Shown here: positions 47,699-55,097 of the stretch, piece by piece | Layout: the number at the start of each line of letters is the position of its first letter | Numbering within the stretch: position 1 is the first letter of the stretch | DNA from: a virus | Taxonomy: Duplodnaviria > Caudoviricetes | Length of the DNA stretch: 64,000 nucleotides | IMG/VR virus record: IMGVR_UViG_3300037067_005519 | Location: 32,001-96,000 of that record | Reading direction: 5' to 3' (one strand) | Notes under the pieces: model-generated | Database searches by the model: none | Told to the model about the DNA's origin: nothing | The model's input: only the letters and a program-made list of their open reading frames with translations | Position numbers and translations under genes: made by a program

Positions 47699-50275
47699 TC
47701 ACATCATCTCCGGGGCACGAATCTTTACTTTCTCGGCACCGTCTTTCTTCTCTGCCCAGTTGTCCATCGCCTCGAACCAACTCATGCCGATTAGTGGCAC
47801 CTTGCTGCGGTAGGACTCGACTACCGTGCGAACCTTCTCTGTGACTTGATGAATCACGGTCGGATGCGTGCTGCACATCAATTCGTCATGCACATTCATC
47901 GGGCCGACCAGAAGCTCGTGGATGCCCGCCGGCTGGATGTCCCAGATCGCCCGTTGCACATGCTTGGTGATCTGCCCGCCAGGAGATTGAATCTCATGGT
48001 TGGCGGCAGCCCGCATGTTCGCAGCTTGAATTTGGAAGGCTGCGCCATACAAGGCGCTGGCAACCGCCCCACCAGCCGTCTGAATACGTGCCCCGCTCCG
48101 ATTGACCTTCACATCCTGGTTGCGCCAACCCTTGGGTGGTTTGCGAGCAAGGTCAAACAATGCCCGGCAAATCTTATTCTCCAGGGTGAAGTAGCGACGA
48201 AAACCAAGGAAGCTCTCCACGAAGTCATCCGGCTCATCCCAAATTACTTGTGATCCGATTCCGGCCGGCTGCTTCATCGAGCAGAACCGTTTGATGGTTC
48301 TCTCTCGGGCCTTGCCTATGCCACGATACTTTTTGCCCCAATCCTCATGGGCCTTGAGAGCGATCGACTCAGGGATGCTCAAATTGCGGGCAAGGGTCTT
48401 CTCGTTGCCACCGTAAATCTCGGCGAACACGCCGCCCTTGCCCTTCTTATACTTTTCCTTGTCCGCCATGACCTCCTCATAGGTCATCTCGAAGAGGACC
48501 ATCGCAAACAGGGCGTGTAGTTTCTTAGTGCCAATTCCCGTTCCGTCGCATTCCTTGCACTCATGCGCTTCGGTGCCGTGACACTTTCTGCACTTCTTAT
48601 CCTGACACCGGCCCGTGCCTTTGCACTCATAGCACATGGTCTTCGTGACCAGCGTTCGCCGAAGTTCAGGATCGTTGTAAACCGCATCAGCGATCGTAAC
48701 CTCGAATGAATCAAAGTCACCGCCGCAGAGCGTGTAACCTGGCCAAGCCAGCGGGAACATGCAGCGGACTTCATCTGATCCCTTGATGCCTTGAGCATTG
48801 AGACCATCGCCGCCGCTCATGCGATTGGACAACGTGCCTACGATATTGAAACTGGCATGAAACTTCTTGGCGAAGATCAACTTCGTGTAGAGTTCCACTT
48901 CCTTCACGGCATGTTTGACATCAAGCAACTCCTTGGCACGAACCGAAGCAGGATGCTTCTGACCCGGCGTGAGGAATCCTCTGCCCTCGCACCGAAGGCA
49001 TGTGCCGCCGTCAATTTGGCCCGTACCGTTGCACTTGAGGCAGAATTCATGGACGGTAATGCCATCCCAGTGTTCGACGCCGGCAGTGCCGATGTCGTCT
49101 TCGTCCTCGTCGAGAATCTCCTTGGCTTTGACCTGATACTTCTCGACCTTCTCAAGGTTCTGTTTCTTCGTTGACTCCTGAATCTTGAGACTCTCGATGT
49201 CGTCCATAACCTCAAGCATGTAGGCTCGAACAGCGGCCGGCTTATTGATGTTGACGGGTGAAGCGGCAACAACCGCCTTTGCCTTGGCCAACAACTCCTT
49301 CATACCTTCTACGTTGATCGTGAAGCCGCGCCAGCGAATCACCGGCACCATGCAGGCAAGGATCGAGTCATCATCACCAGGCGTCGGATTGCCAAAATGC
49401 TTGTCGAGCGCCCGCGTGTATACAATGTCGTCAGAAGCGTAATCGCGGGCGTCCGGCCGAGTTGCCCAGTGCTCGATGAAGTGATGAATCACTGCTGGCC
49501 ACGCACGACCTGCTAGCTTTTGCTTCCCGTCTTTCTCAACCCACACTTCCCAATTCTTCTCGGGGCTGCTGACGGCCAGAGCGGTTGGGGCAAACCCAAC
49601 CTCGTAAGGTCGCCATGCAGGGTCCGGCTCCACGTCCTTGTAGTGATACTTGGGCTTAAAACCCATCGCATGTTCGGCGAGAAATTTCAAGCCGCCAGCC
49701 GGGTTGAATCTCAGACAAACATCCTTGAACGTATCGTCGATCGTCCCGTCTCGGTTACGTCGGTCGAACACCTGCCACTTTGGGGCGTCCTTGTCGGCAC
49801 TCTTGGCGAAGTAGATGTCATCAAGCTCAATCCGCCCCTCAAGTTCCTGTGCCAGGGCGTAGGCCAGGGCGGTGGGAACCTTGCGAATCCTGATGTCCTC
49901 GCGCGCCATCAAACTCTGGTAGGGGCCTTTGCGCGAGTGTAGCAACAGATCGAGGGCACTTGCCGGTTTCACACATGGCCCATCCTGGGCCTGCGGTTCC
50001 AGCAACGCTATCTCTTTGATGTGCTCACATGGAATCCAGTTTGGGTCTGCCAGCCGGAACGTCGTATAGCACTTGACCAGGTGAAACCAGTCAAACGCCA
50101 GGTTGAACCCGACGACCGTATGCTCGCATAGCCATTCAATGATGGCCAGCGTCTCGTGAATTGGACGACGCCAGACCTCGTGCAGCACGATCGGTCCATC
50201 CTCCTCCGCGTATTGGAGTAGGACCATCTGCGAATGCAGCCCGCACGTCTCGGTGTCGATGTAAACTTTACTCAT
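47699..50275 (-). CDS. Family A DNA polymerase with 3'-5' exonuclease and inserted CxxCxGxG zinc fingers
   Basis: DTET/GFNLAFD exo; RMSGG..NAQ; motif A DFDSFE; motif B K..K...FAEIYG; motif C VHDE. Confidence 0.93.
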   Translation of the reverse strand: MSKVYIDTETCGLHSQMVLLQYAEEDGPIVLHEVWRRPIHETLAIIEWLCEHTVVGFNLAFDWFHLVKCYTTFRLADPNWIPCEHIKEIALLEPQAQDGPCVKPASALDLLLHSRKGPYQSLMAREDIRIRKVPTALAYALAQELEGRIELDDIYFAKSADKDAPKWQVFDRRNRDGTIDDTFKDVCLRFNPAGGLKFLAEHAMGFKPKYHYKDVEPDPAWRPYEVGFAPTALAVSSPEKNWEVWVEKDGKQKLAGRAWPAVIHHFIEHWATRPDARDYASDDIVYTRALDKHFGNPTPGDDDSILACMVPVIRWRGFTINVEGMKELLAKAKAVVAASPVNINKPAAVRAYMLEVMDDIESLKIQESTKKQNLEKVEKYQVKAKEILDEDEDDIGTAGVEHWDGITVHEFCLKCNGTGQIDGGTCLRCEGRGFLTPGQKHPASVRAKELLDVKHAVKEVELYTKLIFAKKFHASFNIVGTLSNRMSGGDGLNAQGIKGSDEVRCMFPLAWPGYTLCGGDFDSFEVTIADAVYNDPELRRTLVTKTMCYECKGTGRCQDKKCRKCHGTEAHECKECDGTGIGTKKLHALFAMVLFEMTYEEVMADKEKYKKGKGGVFAEIYGGNEKTLARNLSIPESIALKAHEDWGKKYRGIGKARERTIKRFCSMKQPAGIGSQVIWDEPDDFVESFLGFRRYFTLENKICRALFDLARKPPKGWRNQDVKVNRSGARIQTAGGAVASALYGAAFQIQAANMRAAANHEIQSPGGQITKHVQRAIWDIQPAGIHELLVGPMNVHDELMCSTHPTVIHQVTEKVRTVVESYRSKVPLIGMSWFEAMDNWAEKKDGAEKVKIRAPEMM

Positions 50276-50667
50276 GGTGCTGGCCGTGGCTTGAATATCT
50301 TGTATCCGTGTTCGTCGAATGTAAGGTCAGAGTAGTACCGCTTATCAATGGCTTTCTGCTCGGCCTCCTGTTCAAGGGTGAACCGATCGTATCGCTCTGC
50401 TCCATCCCAAGCCTTGAGGGCCTTCTTGAGCGTTGGAAACACGCCAAGATTCGCACCCTTGTAGTAGGCAGTGATCCGGTCGCCGACAACTTCGACGCCC
50501 TCGCCGAATGGCATGAGGCGTCGGTACTTGGGCGGCGGGATTGGTTTCTTCTGTGCTATCGCTTCCTTGACGGCATCAGCCTCATCCTCTTCCAGCCTGT
50601 AGATGAATCTCCCGCTAGGGAGCTTGATACGGAATAGGAAGTCATTCTCGTACTGCTGAAACATCAA
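50272..50667 (-). CDS. Hypothetical protein
   Basis: Coupled to polymerase gene. Confidence 0.6.
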   Translation of the reverse strand: MMFQQYENDFLFRIKLPSGRFIYRLEEDEADAVKEAIAQKKPIPPPKYRRLMPFGEGVEVVGDRITAYYKGANLGVFPTLKKALKAWDGAERYDRFTLEQEAEQKAIDKRYYSDLTFDEHGYKIFKPRPAP

Positions 50668-50870
50668 CGGTGTAACTCGATTTCGATATAGGGACTCTGA
50701 TGACGGTCAAACTCACGCCGATGTACCTTATGCGTGATGGAAACGACCTTCAATCTGTACCCGCATTCGGCTGCAACGTAATCACCAACACGCGGGCACG
50801 TCACGAAGTCTTCCGGCCACGTCTTGCAGTGACCTTCGTCGAGATTCGTCCGACAGTGGTAGCTTTTCAC
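50664..50870 (-). CDS. Hypothetical protein
   Basis: AAGGAG RBS before GTG. Confidence 0.6.
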   Translation of the reverse strand: MKSYHCRTNLDEGHCKTWPEDFVTCPRVGDYVAAECGYRLKVVSITHKVHRREFDRHQSPYIEIELHR

Positions 50871-50888
50871 GTTGACTCCTTAGAAAAC

Positions 50889-51022
50889 GCGGGGCTTCGG
50901 TGCATTCCACACGGCGTTCGCATTGCCATTGCGAGTGTTACCGTTACAGCCTGGCTGAGGCAGTCCTAGTCGCCAGCCGTGCAGTTATAGGTTCAGCGCT
51001 TTCGCGCACACCGAAGCCCCGC
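50889..51022 (-). ncRNA. Structured element right after the rsr stop codon
   Basis: 14-bp perfect closing stem GCGGGGCTTCGGTG/CACCGAAGCCCCGC; GCGC-GAAA-GCGC tetraloop on minus strand. Confidence 0.5.
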
Positions 51023-51026
51023 TGAA

Positions 51027-52628
51027 TCATCGAACAAAATCCGCCATCACGGCCGGACAAGAGGCGTCAAACCCCACGACATCCAACATGCCGGCGTCGG
51101 AGGGATCAGCGATCGTGAAAGGTGTGGCCGTCATTCCTACGACGATCAATTTGGCGTCGATTCCCATGATCTGACGGTATTGTTTGAGGGCTTGAGTCGG
51201 GTGAATCTGCCCGGCCCACGTCTCGTTGTCGGTGTAGACCACGAAGGCATCCACTTCAAGACGCTGTTGTGTGGCATACATCATCGGGATGGCACAGTCA
51301 GTACCACCCATCGGTATGCGACTGATCTTCTGGACCAGTGCATCGAGCCGTTCCTTCTTCGAGATGTCAATCGGCACCAAATTGTGGGAGAATCCCATCA
51401 CATGAGTCTGCGGCTCAAGACGATGGGTGACCATCGCCATGCAGGCGGCGGCCTTGGCGGCGCTCAGGTGGGTGTTCGCCAGGAAGGACCATCCCATTGA
51501 GCCGGACACATCCAGGCTCAGCAGATGACGTTTCCCGGTCAACTCGATGGCATCGAAAGCCGAATAGAACGCTTCCTCAAGGGCATCTCTGATCTGGCCG
51601 ACAGGCTGCCAGGTAAGCGATCCCTTGATCCCGTGGCCCTGACTATAAGTTTCCGTCGCAATCAAAACGGAGAGCGGATGGACGCGAGCGCCACGCAGGC
51701 GATCGGGACTGGTCAGCACATTGCAGACCATGTTTGTGGACGCAGCCAACGGTTTCAGCAATCCGATGCTGGTCATCTTCCCCAGGTTGCGGATCAGCGC
51801 CGTGGGCGGCAAGTTGGGCAGGAGGGCTTCCCACACTCTGACGCTACCAAGCAGCGTGGTAGGGATGTGCTCCAAAGTCAGGCCATACTTCTGGATCAAG
51901 TGAGCGGCCCTTTTCTCGTCGCCAGACCCTAGAGAACTGATCTCCTCGAAGCCCTCCACGATCCACAACGGGTGTGTTGGCTCCAGGAAATCCTTGAGCA
52001 CATGCACCTTGCTGACAATCCAGCCATAAAGATCATTGCGATCGCCATCTTTCGTCTTGGGGTGACTCAGCCGCAAAACGTCACGATGGGTGTATCCAGC
52101 GCGATTGCGATACTTCGTCACCTGGTAAGCCAGCTTCTCCACCGGCTTATCGTTGTACCAGGCAGCGACGGCCTCACGCAGACCTCGGCCCCAGCCTCGC
52201 AGTTCCTTGCAGTTGGCAACGAATTGGAACAAGTGGGTCGCCGTGCGGCAGACACGAGGCAGTGCGCCCAAAGCCAGGCGGCGGCCATTGTCGTCACCTT
52301 GGCTTGCAACCAGGGCGAGGGCGAAGATCGCGGCGTCGTTCTTTGGCGCACGGCCAACTTCGCTGATACCAGCGATCGCTTCGACGGTCCTCTCGGCGTC
52401 GATCGTCGCGCAGGTCATCACGACGCCGGCATTGTTGGCCGTCAACTTCTGCTCGCCAACATAGTACGTCCCGCCATCGGAACCAAGGATCAAGAACCGC
52501 TGGAGTCTTCCCCAGGAGTCCAAGACGAAGGTGTATCCTCCGGCGTTGTTCTGCTCTTGCTTCTTGCCGGGAATCGGCCGGCTCTGCGGAGTGACTCGGG
52601 ACGAAACATGCTTAGCGAGGGTTTTCAT
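51027..52628 (-). CDS. rsr: Ro60/TROVE-domain RNA-binding protein (Rsr) with vWA domain
   Basis: NNAGGY..LQRFLILGSDGGTYY; RGWGRGLR; KYRNRAGYTHRDVLRLSHP; ALIRNLG; LDVSGSM; GGTDC; YTDNETW; LDVVGFD. Start reset to MKTLAK with GGAG RBS. Confidence 0.97.
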   Translation of the reverse strand: MKTLAKHVSSRVTPQSRPIPGKKQEQNNAGGYTFVLDSWGRLQRFLILGSDGGTYYVGEQKLTANNAGVVMTCATIDAERTVEAIAGISEVGRAPKNDAAIFALALVASQGDDNGRRLALGALPRVCRTATHLFQFVANCKELRGWGRGLREAVAAWYNDKPVEKLAYQVTKYRNRAGYTHRDVLRLSHPKTKDGDRNDLYGWIVSKVHVLKDFLEPTHPLWIVEGFEEISSLGSGDEKRAAHLIQKYGLTLEHIPTTLLGSVRVWEALLPNLPPTALIRNLGKMTSIGLLKPLAASTNMVCNVLTSPDRLRGARVHPLSVLIATETYSQGHGIKGSLTWQPVGQIRDALEEAFYSAFDAIELTGKRHLLSLDVSGSMGWSFLANTHLSAAKAAACMAMVTHRLEPQTHVMGFSHNLVPIDISKKERLDALVQKISRIPMGGTDCAIPMMYATQQRLEVDAFVVYTDNETWAGQIHPTQALKQYRQIMGIDAKLIVVGMTATPFTIADPSDAGMLDVVGFDASCPAVMADFVR

Positions 52629-52647
52629 GCTACGATCTCCAGAGAGG

Positions 52648-52705
52648 GTTAGGCTAGGAAGTGCCGTGGGTAAGTATCCGATAACCCACGAGCGTCGGCC
52701 CACAC
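52648..52705 (-). ncRNA. Y-RNA-type Ro-binding hairpin F, adjoining the rsr RBS
   Basis: GGGCCGA-CGCTCGTGG-GTTATC...ACCCACGGCACTTCCTAGCCT. Confidence 0.75.
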
Positions 52706-52716
52706 ATCACGCGAGT

Positions 52717-52780
52717 ACGTTGGGCAAGTTGTTGCCGTGGGTCTTCTATGCCTGATAACCCACGAGCTTCGGCCCAATGT
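52717..52780 (-). ncRNA. Minimal Y RNA E
   Basis: TTGGGCCGA-AGCTCGTGG-GTTATC...ACCCACGGCAACAACTTGCCCAA. Confidence 0.85.
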
Positions 52781-52923
52781 TCGGTCTGACTCGCAAACTC
52801 ACCGGCCCAACAGGACGTTCTTCAAGCGCGCCGCTACTTGCATTGCCAAGCGTCTGGCCACGTACTGCGCCTTGAGGGGCGGTTTACAGGTTCCCTTTCG
52901 GTGAGTCTTACGAATCGAATGTT
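52777..52923 (-). ncRNA. Rod-shaped RNA with central bubble (6S-like)
   Basis: GATTCGTAAGACTCACCG/CGGTGAGTTTGCGAGTC closing stem, internal bubble, long terminal stem. Confidence 0.5.
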
Positions 52924-52925
52924 TG

Positions 52926-52990
52926 CCGGGCAAGGTGTGCGATTGGTGTTGGTCAACTAATGGTGAGATAACCAATCAGCTTCGGCCCGG
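52926..52990 (-). ncRNA. Minimal Y RNA D
   Basis: CCGGGCCGA-AGCTGATTG-GTTATC...ACCAATCGCACACCTTGCCCGG. Confidence 0.85.
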
Positions 52991-52991
52991 A

Positions 52992-53123
52992 GGCACGTTG
53001 GCGGGAGTCGAACCCACGACCACAGGTTCCCTTGTTGATAACGCTTCCAGTTCGGCCCATTAGGCAAGAGACTTGAAAGCGGTTCTTTTGACCTGTGCTC
53101 TATCCATCTGAGCTACAACGTGC
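52992..53123 (-). ncRNA. tRNA-bodied Y RNA C (Ro-binding helix inserted in the anticodon loop)
   Basis: GCACGTTG/CAACGTGC acceptor, GCTC/GAGC D arm, CAGGT/ACCTG stem, GTGGG-TTCGACT-CCCGC T arm; insert CGCTTTCAAGTCTCTTGCC-TAAT-GGGCCGAACTGGAAGCGTTATC. Confidence 0.85.
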
Positions 53124-53130
53124 ATAACAG

Positions 53131-53254
53131 CGGACACCGGCAGGACTCGAACCTGCGCCTCTCACTTAACAGGTGATAACGCTGACCCTTCGGCCCTTAC
53201 AAGGCAACGGTGGGTAAGCGGTTTTAGCGCTCTGCCAACTGAGCTACGGCATCC
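53131..53254 (-). ncRNA. tRNA-Asn-bodied Y RNA B (Ro-binding helix inserted between D arm and anticodon arm)
   Basis: GGATGCCG/CGGTGTCC acceptor, D arm, insert, TCAC-CTGTTAA-GTGA anticodon arm, GCAGG-TTCGAGT-CCTGC T arm. Confidence 0.85.
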
Positions 53255-53261
53255 ATACAAG

Positions 53262-53321
53262 GAGGACAAGGTGCGCGGACGGGGTTCATCATTGCAGGAT
53301 AACCCGCCCACATCGGCCCTC
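53262..53321 (-). ncRNA. Minimal Y RNA A (first unit of the array)
   Basis: GAGGGCCGA-TGTGGGCGG-GTTATC...CCGTCCGCGCACCTTGTCCTC. Confidence 0.85.
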
Positions 53322-53355
53322 TACTAAGACGACGTAAATTAAACCGACATTTCCC
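53319..53355 (-). promoter_or_regulatory. Putative ECF-type promoter for the Y RNA array and rsr
   Basis: GGAAAT-N17-CGTCTTAG; near-identical copy at 30284; implied +1 falls at the 5' end of unit A. Confidence 0.65.
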
Positions 53356-54154
53356 CAACTTGACGCCGTTTTTCTCGCTCGATGTCTTGATCGAACTCGT
53401 CATCACTGATATATCCGGCAATCCAGGCACCAAAGCGGGTCGCCAGGCCGCTTAATCCTGCTTGCATCAACTGGCCGATGCGAGTATTGATCTCCTCCTT
53501 GCCCCGTCGATACCGAAACTTGCGGCGGAACCGAGGGTTGACATTGAGCTTCCTCTTGCGACTGCCTCGTGCGGCGATCAGTTCCTCGGCTGCCTGAATC
53601 TGTTCCTCTGGCGGAAGGTTCACGAGCACATCCACGTCAAGAAGAGTCAGCATCTTGGCCGCCACCTTATCGCGGAGTTCCTCGGGAAGCTCCATGATCC
53701 TTAGACGCGAATGGACCCACCGTGTATCACGGCTCATCTCCTTGGCGATCGTCCGCAGAGAACTGCCAGCAGGGAACCTCTTGGCGATCGCTTGAGCTTG
53801 CTCCAAGGGGTTTAGGTCTTCCCGCTCCAAATTCTCCGTTAAGTTAAGAATCTCGGCTGCTCGATCATTGAGGCCCTGACGGATGTTCGCCGGTATATGG
53901 GTCCAATTCAGAAACGTCTTCACGGCAGCCAGCCGACGAAAACCAGCGACCAAACGATACGACTCCTTGAACCCCACCTGGCTGTCTTCACGCTGCTGTA
54001 AGATCACTGGAATCTCAAGGCCAGTCTGAGCAATGTTGTCCGCCAAACCCTTGACCGACTGGAAGGTGAACGCATTCCGGCAGTTGAAATCAGGATCAAC
54101 CCAGATGTCATTCAGCGGAACATCAAACACATCATATCGAGCCAACCGTTCCAT
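53339..54154 (-). CDS. ParB/Srx-family protein
   Basis: LVAGFRRLAA, LTENLEREDLNPLEQA, HTH; start reset to MERLAR (longer ORF runs through tRNA-Asn). Confidence 0.9.
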   Translation of the reverse strand: MERLARYDVFDVPLNDIWVDPDFNCRNAFTFQSVKGLADNIAQTGLEIPVILQQREDSQVGFKESYRLVAGFRRLAAVKTFLNWTHIPANIRQGLNDRAAEILNLTENLEREDLNPLEQAQAIAKRFPAGSSLRTIAKEMSRDTRWVHSRLRIMELPEELRDKVAAKMLTLLDVDVLVNLPPEEQIQAAEELIAARGSRKRKLNVNPRFRRKFRYRRGKEEINTRIGQLMQAGLSGLATRFGAWIAGYISDDEFDQDIEREKRRQVGEMSV

Positions 54155-54240
54155 ACTGACCTCTGGCGACAAAAAAGCGTCAGAAGGGAGGGTGCCTCCA
54201 TCACGGCTACAGCCGCAGACTCCACCCGTTCCGACGCTAG

Positions 54241-54313
54241 CTGCATCGCCTGGACTCGAACCAGGGACATCCGCATTAACAGTGCGGCGCACTACCAACT
54301 GTGCTACGATGCA
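54241..54313 (-). tRNA. tRNA-Asn(GTT)
   Basis: TGCATCG/CGATGCA; CCGCA-CTGTTAA-TGCGG; CCTGG-TTCGAGT-CCAGG. Confidence 0.93.
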
Positions 54314-54324
54314 ATTGTCCATTG

Positions 54325-54546
54325 TCAAAATACTGGGAATACGTTGACGCCAGGCGTACCCATGATACGCTCGACGATAGGCATGAATGATATGTCTCTG
54401 CCAACGAAATCGAATTGAATCATCCCTGCCTCATCTGGATCAGGCATTGGAAAACCTTCAAGCATGGCAAGAAGATCATCGCGGTTCTGCTCCGCAATGT
54501 CTTTGCTCATCGAAAAGGTTAGACGTTTTGGCCCTGGAAGTTCCAT
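54325..54546 (-). CDS. Hypothetical protein
   Basis: GAGG RBS. Confidence 0.55.
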   Translation of the reverse strand: MELPGPKRLTFSMSKDIAEQNRDDLLAMLEGFPMPDPDEAGMIQFDFVGRDISFMPIVERIMGTPGVNVFPVF

Positions 54547-54743
54547 CTAGGCGTCCTCTTGGTTATACTCTGGCAGATCAGAATCTTTAACCAGAAGTTC
54601 GGCCTCATAGAGTGTGTCGCAGTCATGCCCCTCAAACAGTTCAATGATCGAGGCCGCAGCCTTCTTACGCTTCTTAGGTGAAATCAGAGGACGCACAACG
54701 CTCCACACGTCCTCAGCAAGTTGTGAACCGCTTGCCCATCCCA

Positions 54744-55028
54744 TTAGGCGAACTCCACTGAATTGAGGCCAGGAAACGGAATCGTGTGACATTCGAGAAC
54801 GTCATCATCAGGACCAGAGGCCGTCAAAGCAAAGACGCCATCCTTGTCAATCGGCTCATACTTCTGTCGAAAGACATCATCCTTGCACGGATAGAACTCG
54901 CCCTTGGTTCCCTTGATGAGCCAGTCGCCAGCATTGCCAAGCATTTCGCCTTCAAGCGTCTTGACAATAACGGGTTCCAGTAGGCGTTCAGCAGTAATCA
55001 CTACGGGTTTCGCACGAAACGAAGGCAT
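54744..55028 (-). CDS. PGDYG-like phage protein
   Basis: KTLEGEM..AGDWLIKGTKGEFYPCKDDVFRQKYE. Confidence 0.8.
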   Translation of the reverse strand: MPSFRAKPVVITAERLLEPVIVKTLEGEMLGNAGDWLIKGTKGEFYPCKDDVFRQKYEPIDKDGVFALTASGPDDDVLECHTIPFPGLNSVEFA

Positions 55029-55097
55029 TATTTACTCCAAAGTGAGGAAGGAAGAACCCGGCCGGGGCCACGTCTGGCAAGTCCGACCGGGAGCAAA

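Noticed and set aside
47699-50275. Inteins in the DNA polymerase
   Set aside because: The insertions are short zinc fingers with no C...HN/C splice junctions or LAGLIDADG motifs
52629-52703. N-terminal extension of the TROVE ORF (MGRRSW...)
   Set aside because: Runs through RNA unit F; the RBS supports the ATG at 52628
52992-53254. Ordinary tRNAs, or tRNAs with group I or BHB introns
   Set aside because: The inserts are only ~50-60 nt, lack group I core elements and carry the same motif as the free-standing Y units
52648-53321. CRISPR array
   Set aside because: The repeat is a split motif with a paired variable middle, spacing is irregular (70-213 bp) and there are no cas genes; it is explained as Ro-binding helices
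54155-54328. N-terminal extension of the ParB ORF
   Set aside because: Overlaps tRNA-Asn; GAGG RBS precedes the ATG at 54154
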